A stretch of DNA of 64,000 nt from Elusimicrobiota bacterium (GCA_043827405.1 JBDRPD010000050.1:96001-160000), one strand, 5' to 3'. Counted from the first letter of the stretch, positions 10,146 to 19,878 are shown. Translations and numbers: made by a program. Notes: generated by a model not told the origin, from the sequence alone.

Positions 10146-10562
10146 ATGAGCGACATGCTGTTCAAGATTCGGATGTCGGACCGCAGGGTACCGTTCTCTC
10201 CCGAAAACCTCGGCCCCCATGCGCCGCGCCGGGCGGGCGTCTACCGGCTGCACCTGCTCGACCGCCGAATGCGGGCCGAAGTTCTTTACGTCGGCCTCGC
10301 CCTCGCCGAACGCGGCCAGACCATCCACTCGGCGCTCGCCGCGCACATTATGGGCAATCAGCGCCCCGCGAAGAGCGACCTGCTGAAAGAAGGACCCGAC
10401 ATTTTTTTCGACTATGTTCTTGAGCCGCAGCCCGGCGCATCCGCCGATTTGATGGATATCGCCGGCGCGCTCATTTCCCAGCATCGCCCGCGCCTAAACC
10501 CGTCGACGCCCCCGCCATCTTCGGGGCGCTACCGCCGGGTCGCGCTGGAAGAGATTACCTAA
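10146..10562 (+). CDS. GIY-YIG-like domain protein (apparently degenerate)
   Basis: AGVYRL...LYVGLA...HRPRLN pattern resembling the UvrC N-terminal domain. Confidence 0.55.
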   Translation: MSDMLFKIRMSDRRVPFSPENLGPHAPRRAGVYRLHLLDRRMRAEVLYVGLALAERGQTIHSALAAHIMGNQRPAKSDLLKEGPDIFFDYVLEPQPGASADLMDIAGALISQHRPRLNPSTPPPSSGRYRRVALEEIT

Positions 10563-10573
10563 ACGGAGGCCTC

Positions 10574-10954
10574 ATGCCCGCAAAAAATAAAAAGAAGAAG
10601 ACCAGCCGCAAGAGCACCGACGGCGCCCAAAACGGCATCAAGAAAGAGCTTCATGCCCTGGGCCGGATGATCCAGGACCTCGTCCGCGACGCGGCCAAGA
10701 GCCCGCATATGCGCGGCGTCAGCGGCGACATCAAGCACAGCGTCCGCAGCGTGGGCCGCCGTCTGCACGCGGCGATCGAGGACGTGAAGAAAAGCGAACA
10801 GGGCGCGAAGATTAAATCGCAGGCCAAAAAGGTCTTCACGGCCGGCAAGAAGGAGAGCCTGAAGAAGTCCAAGACCCTGCGCGTCGATATCGCGCGCGGC
10901 CTCGACGCCATCGCCAAGGAGCTCTCCAAGATCGCCGGAACGATCGAGAAGTAG
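10574..10954 (+). CDS. Small Lys-rich helical hypothetical protein
   Basis: GGAGG RBS before ATG; strong GC3 codon usage. Confidence 0.7.
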   Translation: MPAKNKKKKTSRKSTDGAQNGIKKELHALGRMIQDLVRDAAKSPHMRGVSGDIKHSVRSVGRRLHAAIEDVKKSEQGAKIKSQAKKVFTAGKKESLKKSKTLRVDIARGLDAIAKELSKIAGTIEK

Positions 10955-10966
10955 CCGCCGGAAAAT

Positions 10967-11043
10967 AAGCGGGCCGGCGCCTGTTTCGACGAAGCGTAGA
11001 CCCTGCCTAGCGCAGAGGAGAAACAGGTGCCGGCCCGCTTTTT
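10967..11043. terminator. 21-bp inverted repeat between convergent genes, likely terminator
   Basis: AAGCGGGCCGGCGCCTGTTTC (10967-10987) and GAAACAGGTGCCGGCCCGCTT (11020-11040), followed by a T-run. Confidence 0.6.
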
Positions 11044-11055
11044 CTGCGCAACCAG

Positions 11056-11910
11056 CTACGCGTAGTGGACGTCGCCCCAGCTATCCTTCCAAACGAGGAC
11101 GCCGTCGGCGCGCAGCTCATAGCTGCTGAATCTCGACGCCACCTTGACGCCGTTCTTGTACAGGTTGCCGAAGCTGTCCTGCCAGGCGATATCGCCGGTG
11201 CGCGCGGCGATCTGGAAAGTCTGCGCCCGCCCCAGCTCTTCCTTGTTCTTGTGCAGACGGTCGAAGCTGTCGAGCCAGGCGACGTCGCCGGTATAGTCGG
11301 CGACTTTAAAGCTCTGCGCCCGGCCGCCGAGCTCTTCCTTGTTCCGATGTAAATCGCCGTGACGGTCGGTCCAGACGACGACGCCCGCCGGATGAGCGAA
11401 GGAGAAGCTCTGCGCATTGCCCAGCTCGTCGCCGTTGAGGTAGATGTCTCCGTGACGATCCTTCCACACCACATCGCCCGTCCACTGCGACATGTCGTAG
11501 TAGGACGCGTCACCAAGCCGCTTCCCGTCCTTGTACAGGTCGCTGTGAGTGGACTGCCAGGCGACCTCTCCGGTGCAGGACGCCTTGTATGAGCGGGCGT
11601 TCGAGCCGATCCGCTCACCGTTCTTGTAGATATCCCCGCGCTTGATATAGACGACGGGCAGGTTGTCGCACGGCATGGGAAGCTCATTATGACGGGGCCG
11701 GTAACGGCGCCGTTTGCTGACGGCCGGCGTGACCGCCGATATATTCTGCGCTCCCTTTTTCGTCTCGAGAGAGAGCTGCTGGAAAGCGCCGCCCATCAAG
11801 GCCTCGCTGCCGGAATAGAGCGCCTCCATGGCGGCGGCTCGAGCCGCCGTGGCCGACGCCGCAAGCAGTAAAGCGGGAAGCAATATAGACATGATTTTAT
11901 GGCTTTTCAT
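11056..11910 (-). CDS. Exported protein with about 6 tandem ~31-aa beta-rich repeats
   Basis: Signal peptide; repeat consensus TGDVxWxDxxGDLYxNGxxLGxAxSFxxA. Confidence 0.8.
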   Translation of the reverse strand: MKSHKIMSILLPALLLAASATAARAAAMEALYSGSEALMGGAFQQLSLETKKGAQNISAVTPAVSKRRRYRPRHNELPMPCDNLPVVYIKRGDIYKNGERIGSNARSYKASCTGEVAWQSTHSDLYKDGKRLGDASYYDMSQWTGDVVWKDRHGDIYLNGDELGNAQSFSFAHPAGVVVWTDRHGDLHRNKEELGGRAQSFKVADYTGDVAWLDSFDRLHKNKEELGRAQTFQIAARTGDIAWQDSFGNLYKNGVKVASRFSSYELRADGVLVWKDSWGDVHYA

Positions 11911-12120
11911 TAAGTGACCCCAAAAAACTGATTTCTGCGACCTGGTGTTAGAATACCAAGAGGCCCCCCATATAAATAGATCCATAGAACCCACCGGCCG
12001 CTGGGCCCATAGTCCCGGCATGTTGCACCTCGTCCAAGGGCTCAGTACGCCCGGGCCCATGGTCCTGGGAATAAAGACTGCCGGCTTAAGGCACTTTCGG
12101 CCCAAGGCAAAAAGGCGCTA

Positions 12121-13302
12121 GTGCGCTATCCTTATATTATGACGGTACGTCCCGAGATAGTCAGCTATCTGCGCCTCCACTCCGGGAAATTCGCGGACGA
12201 CGCCCTGCGCATACGCCTGATCAAGGACGGCGTCTCCGCGCAGGAGGTAGACGACGCCTTCGCGATCATCAACTTGACCCGCGCGCGGCCGCATACCGCC
12301 GACCAGGAACTCCTCCCGCTGCCTCGTCCCGCCGCGACGACGGCACCGGCGCGCTCCAGCCGCAATAAATATTTGGTATTTGCCGCCGGCGCCGTATTCT
12401 TCGGCGCCGTTATCGGCGCCGAGCTCTTGCTGCGCAAAATCAACGCGCCTGAGAGCCGGCAGTGGCTGGCCGCCATGAAGCAGCAGGCGGCGGCGCTCAC
12501 CGGCCAGCCGGCCGGCCCGGCCGGCGGCGCGCAGCAACCGGCCGAGATGCGTGACGCGCTCGCCAACGACCCTTTCATATCCTACGCGCAGCTCGCCTAC
12601 CGCTCTCTGACCGGCAAGAAATACACCGATGCCGTAAGCTATTCGGATATGGCGCTTAAAAGCTGGGCCGATAAACTGCACGGCAAAGAGAATAAGAAAG
12701 CGATCCTCGGCATTCGCGCCCGCGCCCACGAGCTCGCCGGGGAGAGCGCGCTCGCGCTTGACGACTACCAGGCGGTTGCCGACCTCGATCCGCAGGACGT
12801 CGAGCCCCTGCTCGGCCGCGGACGGATAATGCTCGCCAAGAACTATTCCAAGTCGGCGGTCAACGAAGCGCAGAAGATCGTCGAGCTCGACCCAAAGCGC
12901 CCGGAAGGACATGCGCTCGCCGCGGCGGCCCACCTGCAGCTGGGACAAAAGCGCCACGCGCTGCAGAGCTTCTCCCTGGCGCTGCGCGCGCACGGCGCGG
13001 CCGAAGCGCCGGGCGAAAAGGCCGAGCTCGTAGCCAACCTTCTCTATAATCGCGCGGTCCTGCTCGCCAATGACCGCAAGCTCCGCCTCGCGCTCAAAGA
13101 CCTCGGCCAGGCGATTGCGCACTCTCCCAAAACGGGGCCCTACTACCGGGCGCGCGCCCAGGTCTACCGCGCGCTGGGCGAAAACCAGCAGGCCGACGCG
13201 GATGAACAAAAGGCCGCGGCGCTCGGTCCGGACGACAAGCCGCCGGGACCGAGCCTCGGCCTGGGACCGACTTTGCCGGCGCTGGCCGCGGGCAAGTCTT
13301 GA
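12121..13302 (+). CDS. Membrane-anchored TPR protein (start may be 12139)
   Basis: TM segment YLVFAAGAVFFGAVIG followed by TPR repeats. Confidence 0.82.
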   Translation: MRYPYIMTVRPEIVSYLRLHSGKFADDALRIRLIKDGVSAQEVDDAFAIINLTRARPHTADQELLPLPRPAATTAPARSSRNKYLVFAAGAVFFGAVIGAELLLRKINAPESRQWLAAMKQQAAALTGQPAGPAGGAQQPAEMRDALANDPFISYAQLAYRSLTGKKYTDAVSYSDMALKSWADKLHGKENKKAILGIRARAHELAGESALALDDYQAVADLDPQDVEPLLGRGRIMLAKNYSKSAVNEAQKIVELDPKRPEGHALAAAAHLQLGQKRHALQSFSLALRAHGAAEAPGEKAELVANLLYNRAVLLANDRKLRLALKDLGQAIAHSPKTGPYYRARAQVYRALGENQQADADEQKAAALGPDDKPPGPSLGLGPTLPALAAGKS

Positions 13303-13328
13303 CAAGCGTCAACGCCACTCCTTAAACT
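13299..13328 (+). promoter_or_regulatory. Candidate sigma70 promoter for the kinase gene
   Basis: TTGACA (13299) - 18 nt - TAAACT (13323); overlaps palindrome TTGAC-AAGC-GTCAA. Confidence 0.4.
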
Positions 13329-13343
13329 CATAGGGCGCTCCCT

Positions 13344-14822
13344 ATGAAATTCCGCTTTCTGCCGCTGCTGCTGGCATTGCTCACCGCTCCGTCTCAGGCG
13401 CAGCCGCCGCCCGGCGGCATCCGCCGGCACATTCAGGAAATGAAGTTCGAGATGCAGCGCCTGCGCCTGGATGTCGAACCCCGGGTGGAACAGCTCGCCC
13501 GCCTGCAGGAGCGCTACGCGGAGCTCGGCGCGCTGGAACGCGCCGCCCGCGAACGCGAAGAAATCCGCCGCGATATCGCGCTGCGCATGGAACGCTACAC
13601 GCAGGGGCTGCTCCGCCTCAACAATATCCAGGAGGAATTCGCGCGGCGGCAGCGCCGCCTTTTCCCGGAACACGAGTTTATTAAAAGCGCCGATCTGTTC
13701 CGCGGTTTTGTCATGGGGCGTCTCGCCGAAGACGAAGAGCGCTTCCACGCCGCGCTGCGGCGAGCCGAAGCGTCCGAACGCCGGCGCGGCATACTCATCG
13801 TCCTGGGGGCCATCGCGGTAATTCTGCTTATTCTCGGGCTCGCCGCCGCGCTGGTCTACCAGACGCGGCGCGTCCAGACGACGCGGCCGGCCAGCCTGGT
13901 GACGCCGCCCTCCCCGGCCGTCACTACGCCCGGTTTCGCGCCCGCGCTGGCGGCCCCGGCCCTCGCGGCGCTCGCCGGCCCGTCCGCGGTCGACACCCTG
14001 CGCACAGGGGACCTCCTGGATGGGAGCTTCCGCATCGAGCGCGAGCTCGGCCGCGGCGGCATGGGCATCGTCTACGAAGCCGTCGACGTCACCCTGCGGC
14101 GCAAGACGGCCATCAAGCAGATGCACAAGGAGATCTCCCAGCAGCCGCATGAGCTCGAGCTGTTTCTCACCGAGGCGCGCCTGGTGGCGTCGCTCAAACA
14201 CCCCAACCTCGTCGAAATTTATTCCATCCTGCGCCACGCCGGACAGGTCTATCTGGTATTCGAGCACATCGACGGCCAGCCGCTAAGCCGCTATCTGGAA
14301 GGCGGGCGGCGGCTCGCTCTAAAGGGGGCCAAGCAGACCGTACGACAGATCGCGGCCGCGCTGGACTACGCGCACAGCAAGAAGATTATTCATCGCGACC
14401 TCAAGCCCGCCAACATCATGGTCGGCAGCGACGGCGTCGCCAAGGTTATGGACTTCGGCATCGCCCACCAGGCCAAGATGACGGTGGCTAAAGTTACGCG
14501 GGCGAACCCCTGGGGCACGCCGGCCTACATGGCGCCGGAACAGGAGCTGGGAACGGTCTCGCGCGAGTCCGACCTGTTCGCTCTGGGCGTCTGCCTCTAT
14601 CAGTTTCTGACCGGGCGCCTCCCGTACAGCGGGCCAAATTTCCTGGCCCAGAAGCAGCAGGCGCTCTATCCGCCGGCGACCCGCGTCATGCCGGCCCTGC
14701 CGCAGGAGGCCGACCGCATCCTGGGGCGCGCGCTGGACCCGGAGCCGGCCAACCGCTACCACAGCGGCGCCGAGTTCGCCGCCGACGTCGCCCAACTGCC
14801 GGACGAAGAACCGCCCACCTGA
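13344..14822 (+). CDS. Membrane-anchored Hanks-type Ser/Thr kinase, paralog of 5697..7232
   Basis: Signal peptide, coiled coil, TM, then kinase with ELGRGGMG, HRDLKPANIM, DFG, ANPWGTPAYMAPEQE. Confidence 0.92.
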   Translation: MKFRFLPLLLALLTAPSQAQPPPGGIRRHIQEMKFEMQRLRLDVEPRVEQLARLQERYAELGALERAAREREEIRRDIALRMERYTQGLLRLNNIQEEFARRQRRLFPEHEFIKSADLFRGFVMGRLAEDEERFHAALRRAEASERRRGILIVLGAIAVILLILGLAAALVYQTRRVQTTRPASLVTPPSPAVTTPGFAPALAAPALAALAGPSAVDTLRTGDLLDGSFRIERELGRGGMGIVYEAVDVTLRRKTAIKQMHKEISQQPHELELFLTEARLVASLKHPNLVEIYSILRHAGQVYLVFEHIDGQPLSRYLEGGRRLALKGAKQTVRQIAAALDYAHSKKIIHRDLKPANIMVGSDGVAKVMDFGIAHQAKMTVAKVTRANPWGTPAYMAPEQELGTVSRESDLFALGVCLYQFLTGRLPYSGPNFLAQKQQALYPPATRVMPALPQEADRILGRALDPEPANRYHSGAEFAADVAQLPDEEPPT

Positions 14823-15250
14823 TGCGGACCGCCGCGCGCGCACGCGCCTGGGCGCCCGTCCTTATCTGGTGCGCGGTAATCTTCGCGCTCTCCAGCACGC
14901 ACGGCGGCCACGACCCCTTCAAACCGTATACCCCGCAATACTTCCTGTACGTCCTAACGCGGAAATTCTGCCATGTCTTTGAATACTTCGTGCTCTACGG
15001 GCTGGTTCACTCCGCGCTCCGGCGCGAGCGCGGACGGGATGACCGCTGGACGACGCTCATCGCGCTGACGCTGACGGTCGCCTATGCCGCGAGCGACGAA
15101 CTGCATCAAAGCTTCGTGCCCGGACGCAGCGGGAACCGCGTGGATGTGCTGATCGATTTTCTCGGAGCCGCCGCCGCGCGGGCGCGGCTAACGGGTCCAG
15201 GCCGCGTAGTTGCGGCCGTGGGCGCGCAGCGTCCAGCCGGGCCCGGGTGA
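14822..15250 (+). CDS. VanZ family membrane protein
   Basis: RKFCHVFEYFVL and YAASDELHQSFVPGR..DVLIDFLG. Confidence 0.88.
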   Translation: MRTAARARAWAPVLIWCAVIFALSSTHGGHDPFKPYTPQYFLYVLTRKFCHVFEYFVLYGLVHSALRRERGRDDRWTTLIALTLTVAYAASDELHQSFVPGRSGNRVDVLIDFLGAAAARARLTGPGRVVAAVGAQRPAGPG

Positions 15251-16579
15251 CCAGCTCCCCGGTCCGATCTTCATCGCCAGCCGCCCGTCGATGATCGCCG
15301 CATAGCGCGCGCCGTCGGCGGCCTTGATCTCGACCGCGCTGTTCTCATTGATGCCGGCTTCCTTGCGCAGAAAGACCAGGTCCTTGAGCTGCTGCTGGAT
15401 GCCCCAGTCGAAGTAGTGGGGCCAGTAGACGCAGGGAATCCCGGGGTGGGTGAGGATATAGGCGTAGCCCTGCATGATCTCCGCGCCCGGAAACGGCCAA
15501 TGGTTCTGACCGGCGCCGCCGGTGCTGGCGCCGGTATCGTGGTTGTCGATGAAAGTTACGGCCTTGGCGGACCACCAGCCGATCAAGCCCGGAGGGCGTC
15601 CGGCGCCGTCGTTGAGCCGCCAGTACTCGCCCGCGCGCACGGCCTGCTGCAGGATGCCCTTGGTCGTAAAGTCGAAGACCGCCGACTTGCCGCCGACGGA
15701 GTCGATCCAGTCGATCGCGGCCTGCCGGTGGGCGTTGGGGTTGCCGAGATCGAGATCGTCCCAAATCTCTCCCACGGCGAAAGTGGGCGCCGTGGCGTCC
15801 TGATACATCGCCAAATACTTGGGCGCGTAGCCGCGCACATAGTCGTAGCGCCAGCCGTCGTAGCCGATGTCCCGGCGCAGCCAGTTGAGCCAGTCGATCA
15901 GGCTCCGCTGCACCGCCGGGTTGGTATGGTCGATGTCGCGTGCGGCATGATAGCCTTTGCCGGTATCAGGATTGCCCGTGGGATTGGGGCACTCATCGAC
16001 CTGCCCGCATTCATCGTCGCTGGTAATCGAGTCCGGTCCCCAGGCCGGCTCGGTAAAGTCGGCCCAGCCCGTGGTGCCCACGCGGTGATTGATCACGATG
16101 TCGGCGAGGACCTGGACGCCGGCGCCGTGCAGGGCGCCGATAGCCCGGCGCAGCTGCGCCTGCGAACCGTACGCGGAATCCTGGACGTAGAGCCGGTTGG
16201 GCAGATAGCCTTCGTCGCTCATCGCCGCCGAGGACGGCGGCAGCCAAACCATGTCGAATCCCGCCCGGCCGATATCCTGCGCCTTGGCGGCGACGATGCC
16301 CCACCAGGAACTCTGATGCGATTCCCAGTGAAAGCCCTGCATCATCACCTTGCCCTCGCCGCCGGCGCCGGCGCTGCGGAGATACTTGGCGGCATCAATG
16401 GGAGCTGCGGCGATGACGGAGCGGCCCGGGCCGGAGGAGGGCGGCGCGGGAACGGCGATGCCGTTGTCGGCGGCCTGCCGGATCAGCTGGGGAAGGACTT
16501 TGCGCTCGGCGGCGGCGGAAATGGAGGATAAAAAAATGCCGAGTAAACAAGCGGAAAAAAGATGCCTGCTCGTCATCAT
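15188..16579 (-). CDS. Exported alpha-amylase, GH13, plant/GH13_6-like
   Basis: MQGFHWES, WLPPSS, DIVINHR, GWRYDYVRGY, VGEIWD, FIDNHDTG, GYAYILTHPG, and C-terminal YAAIIDGRLAMKIGP. Confidence 0.9.
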   Translation of the reverse strand: MMTSRHLFSACLLGIFLSSISAAAERKVLPQLIRQAADNGIAVPAPPSSGPGRSVIAAAPIDAAKYLRSAGAGGEGKVMMQGFHWESHQSSWWGIVAAKAQDIGRAGFDMVWLPPSSAAMSDEGYLPNRLYVQDSAYGSQAQLRRAIGALHGAGVQVLADIVINHRVGTTGWADFTEPAWGPDSITSDDECGQVDECPNPTGNPDTGKGYHAARDIDHTNPAVQRSLIDWLNWLRRDIGYDGWRYDYVRGYAPKYLAMYQDATAPTFAVGEIWDDLDLGNPNAHRQAAIDWIDSVGGKSAVFDFTTKGILQQAVRAGEYWRLNDGAGRPPGLIGWWSAKAVTFIDNHDTGASTGGAGQNHWPFPGAEIMQGYAYILTHPGIPCVYWPHYFDWGIQQQLKDLVFLRKEAGINENSAVEIKAADGARYAAIIDGRLAMKIGPGSWSPGPGWTLRAHGRNYAAWTR

Positions 16580-16681
16580 TACCTCCCCCCACATTGTACC
16601 CGCCAGCGGCACTTTAAGTCAATTAAATGTTTGGTAACGTACACTTTTACTAATAGTGCCGAAAGAATCTATTATACGCCT

Positions 16682-18802
16682 ATGCTGCGGACTTTCTTGG
16701 CGCTCGCCCTCGCACTGCCCCACGCGGCCCTGGCCGCGGTCAAAGTCGAACACCATACCGGAGACCTGTACAAAGTCACCTTCAGCTTCTCCCCCCAGAT
16801 CGGCATCGGCGGCGTCGCGGTGGCCGGCAGCTTCAACGACTGGCGCAAGGACCAGCATCCCCTAGCGGATCCGGACGGCGGCGGGACCTATCAGCTCACG
16901 CTCGAGCTGCCGCAGGGCCGCTACCTCTACAAGTTTGTGGTCGACGGCAAGGTCTGGCAGCCCGACCCGGACAATACGGAGCGCGTACCCGACGGCTTCG
17001 ACAGCTTCAACTCGGTGGTCACCGCAGGCGACGCCGCGAGCAGCCCCGCCGCCGCCGCCCGCCCCGGCGACGGCGAGGTGGTGCGGGATTCCATCCTGCA
17101 CCGGCAGACGATCGAATACTGCGAATGGGTCGCGGGTGAAAGCCTCGCGGTCATCCGCCTGCGGGCGGCGGAAAACGACGTCGAGAACGCGGCGCTGTGG
17201 ATCGACGGCGAAACCGCCCTGCCGCTAAAGCGCATCTATACGAAAAACGCGCATGACTACTGGGAGGCCGTCTACCGGACATCGCGGCGGCGCTTCACCT
17301 ATGTCTTCCTGCTGCGCGACGGAGCCGGGCACTTCTTCGTCGGCCCGCAGGGGATCGGCCCGGAGCAGCCGGCCGAACCCTACATCTTCGACCGCGAGAA
17401 AGCGCCGCAGCTGGACGCGCCGAATTGGGTCGCCGACGCGGTCTTCTATCAGATATTTCCCGAACGATTCTTCGACGGCGACCCGGCCAACAACCCGCAA
17501 GACGTCCGGCCCTGGAGCGACGCCCCCGGGCTGTCCAATCATTTCGGCGGCGACCTGGAGGGCGTCCGGCGCAAGCTCCCCTACCTCAATGAGCTGGGCG
17601 TCAGCGCCATCTACTTCAACCCGGTTTTCGCCGCGCCCTCTAATCACAAGTACGACACCGCCGACTACCGGCGCATCGACCCGCATTTCGGCGATGCCGG
17701 GACTTTCCGCCGGCTCGCCCGCGAGGCGCGCCGGGCCGGCATCCGGACCATCCTCGACGGCGTCTTCAACCATTCGGGCGACCAGTTCGCGCCCTTTCTG
17801 GATGCGGTCAAAAACGGCAAGAGCTCCCGCTACGCGGACTGGTACACCTTCCGCGGCTTCCCGGTGACCCAGGAGCCGCCGAACTACGAATGCTGGTGGA
17901 ACTTCCCGCACCTGCCGAAGCTCAATACCGACACCCCCAAGGTCGCCGAGTACCTGCTCGAGGTCTCCGGCCATTGGCTCAAAGAAGGCGCCGCGGGCTG
18001 GCGGCTCGACGTCCCCAACGAGGTGCCGCATCGCTTCTGGAAGCGCTTCCGCGGCGCCGTGCGCCGGGCCGATCCGGAGGCCTACATCGTCGGCGAGATT
18101 TGGAACGACGCCCTGCCCTGGCTGCAGGGCGACGAGTTCGACGCGGTCATGAACTACACCTTCCGCTCGGCGGTGCTGGGCTACTTCGCGCAGCACAAGC
18201 TCGACCTCGACACCTTCCACCGCCTGCTGCTGGAGCAGCGCCACCGCTATCCGCGGAGCTCGCTCCCCGTCCAGTTCAACCTGCTGGGCTCGCACGACAC
18301 GGCGCGCATCGGGACCCTCTTTACGGGAGCGAACGCGCAAGCGCGCCTAAAGCTCGCCGTGCTCTTTCAGCTGACCTACCTGGGCGCGCCCGTCATCTAC
18401 TACGGCGACGAGGTGGGATTAAAGGGCGGCAAGGACCCGGACTGCCGGCGCACCTTTCCCTGGGAACCTGAAAGGCAGGACCTTGAGCTCTTGGCGCACT
18501 ACAAGAAGCTCATCGGCATCCGCCGCGCCCTGCCCGAGCTCCGGCGGGGAGAGTTCCACGTTCTAGCGATCGATCGCGAGCGCGACATCTACGTCTTTCT
18601 GCGCACCTTCGGCGCCGACACCGCGCTGGTCGCCCTGCACCGCGGCGACGGCGAGGTGGAGCTTGTTCTGCAGCTGCCGGAGCCGCTCGCGGAGACGGAT
18701 AGGCTCAAGGACTTCTACGGCGACCAGCTGTTCACGGTGGAAGACGGCAGGCTCAAGCTGAAGCTCGCGCCCTATCAGGGAATGATCCTAGCCCCCTACT
18801 GA
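16682..18802 (+). CDS. Exported neopullulanase/cyclomaltodextrinase-like GH13 with N-terminal CBM48-like domain
   Basis: Signal peptide; AGSFNDW..YKFVVDG; FYQIFPERF, SNHKYDT, DGVFNH, GWRLDVPNE, LLGSHDT, YYGDEVG. Confidence 0.92.
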   Translation: MLRTFLALALALPHAALAAVKVEHHTGDLYKVTFSFSPQIGIGGVAVAGSFNDWRKDQHPLADPDGGGTYQLTLELPQGRYLYKFVVDGKVWQPDPDNTERVPDGFDSFNSVVTAGDAASSPAAAARPGDGEVVRDSILHRQTIEYCEWVAGESLAVIRLRAAENDVENAALWIDGETALPLKRIYTKNAHDYWEAVYRTSRRRFTYVFLLRDGAGHFFVGPQGIGPEQPAEPYIFDREKAPQLDAPNWVADAVFYQIFPERFFDGDPANNPQDVRPWSDAPGLSNHFGGDLEGVRRKLPYLNELGVSAIYFNPVFAAPSNHKYDTADYRRIDPHFGDAGTFRRLAREARRAGIRTILDGVFNHSGDQFAPFLDAVKNGKSSRYADWYTFRGFPVTQEPPNYECWWNFPHLPKLNTDTPKVAEYLLEVSGHWLKEGAAGWRLDVPNEVPHRFWKRFRGAVRRADPEAYIVGEIWNDALPWLQGDEFDAVMNYTFRSAVLGYFAQHKLDLDTFHRLLLEQRHRYPRSSLPVQFNLLGSHDTARIGTLFTGANAQARLKLAVLFQLTYLGAPVIYYGDEVGLKGGKDPDCRRTFPWEPERQDLELLAHYKKLIGIRRALPELRRGEFHVLAIDRERDIYVFLRTFGADTALVALHRGDGEVELVLQLPEPLAETDRLKDFYGDQLFTVEDGRLKLKLAPYQGMILAPY

Positions 18803-19875
18803 CCCAGCCGCAGGCCGCTTTTCTTGTCGAACAGGTGCAGGGCCTGAGGATCAAAGCGGATGGGGACCTCGCCGCCCGGCTCGCCCGAAAACGCCGCGTC
18901 GACCACGGTCAGAATCTTCTCCTCGCCCAGCCGCAGGTGCACGTTCTTGCGTTGGCCCAGGAGCTCCACCACCTCGATCGCGGCGCGGGCCAGGCTGGCG
19001 CCCGGCTCCAGCAGGATGCCTTCGGGACGCACCCCCAGGACGACTTTCTGGCCGTCCCGCCCGTCTCCCGCCGCCTCGGCGGAGACCGGCAGCTCCACGG
19101 CCGCATGCTTAAAGCGGAAGCCCTTGCTGTCTCTCTTGAGAACCCCGTCCATGAAGTTCATCGTCGGGCTGCCGATAAAGCCCGCCACAAAGATATTGCG
19201 CGGCCGGTTAAAGACTTCCGCGGGCACCCCCAGCTGCTGAATGCGGCCCTGGTCGACAACGGCGATGCGCGTGGCCAAGGTCATGGCCTCGACCTGGTCA
19301 TGGGTGACGTAGACGATAGTCGCCCGCAGGCGCAGATGCAGCTTGGCGATCTCGACGCGCATCTCCTCGCGGAGCTTGGCGTCCAGGTTTGAGAGCGGCT
19401 CGTCGAACAGAAAGACCTTGGGCTGGCGCACGATGGCGCGGCCGATGGCGACGCGCTGGCGCTGGCCGCCGGAAAGCTGCCGCGGCGTGCGTCCCAAAAG
19501 CGGCTGAATCTGCAGGATGTCGGCGGCCTCATTGACCCGCTTGTCGATCTCGGCGCGCTCCATGCTGCGCAGCCGCAGGCCGAAGCTCATGTTTTCCGCC
19601 ACCGTCATATGCGGATACAGCGCGTAGTCCTGAAACACCATCGCGATCTCCCGCGCGCGCGGCGGCAGGTGGTTGACGATGCCGCCGTCGATATGGATCT
19701 CGCCCTCGGTGGTCTCCTCAAGACCCGCCAGCATGCGCAGCAGCGTGCTCTTGCCGCAGCCGGAGGGGCCCACAAGCACGAGGAACTCGCGGTCGGCGAT
19801 CTCCAGGCTCACCTCGTGGAGCACCGTCGTCTTGTCGAATCGTTTACGAATGTTTTTCAGCGTTACCGAAGCCAT
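18796..19875 (-). CDS. malK: Sugar ABC transporter ATP-binding protein
   Basis: GPSGCGKS, LSGGQRQR, FLFDEPLSNLD, YVTHDQ, C-terminal TOBE-like region. Confidence 0.92.
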   Translation of the reverse strand: MASVTLKNIRKRFDKTTVLHEVSLEIADREFLVLVGPSGCGKSTLLRMLAGLEETTEGEIHIDGGIVNHLPPRAREIAMVFQDYALYPHMTVAENMSFGLRLRSMERAEIDKRVNEAADILQIQPLLGRTPRQLSGGQRQRVAIGRAIVRQPKVFLFDEPLSNLDAKLREEMRVEIAKLHLRLRATIVYVTHDQVEAMTLATRIAVVDQGRIQQLGVPAEVFNRPRNIFVAGFIGSPTMNFMDGVLKRDSKGFRFKHAAVELPVSAEAAGDGRDGQKVVLGVRPEGILLEPGASLARAAIEVVELLGQRKNVHLRLGEEKILTVVDAAFSGEPGGEVPIRFDPQALHLFDKKSGLRLGQ

Positions 19876-19878
19876 GAT

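Noticed and set aside
15188..15250. 63-bp convergent overlap of the VanZ and amylase genes as a regulatory device
   Set aside because: Most simply stop-codon drift in GC-rich DNA; the VanZ tail is beyond the conserved domain
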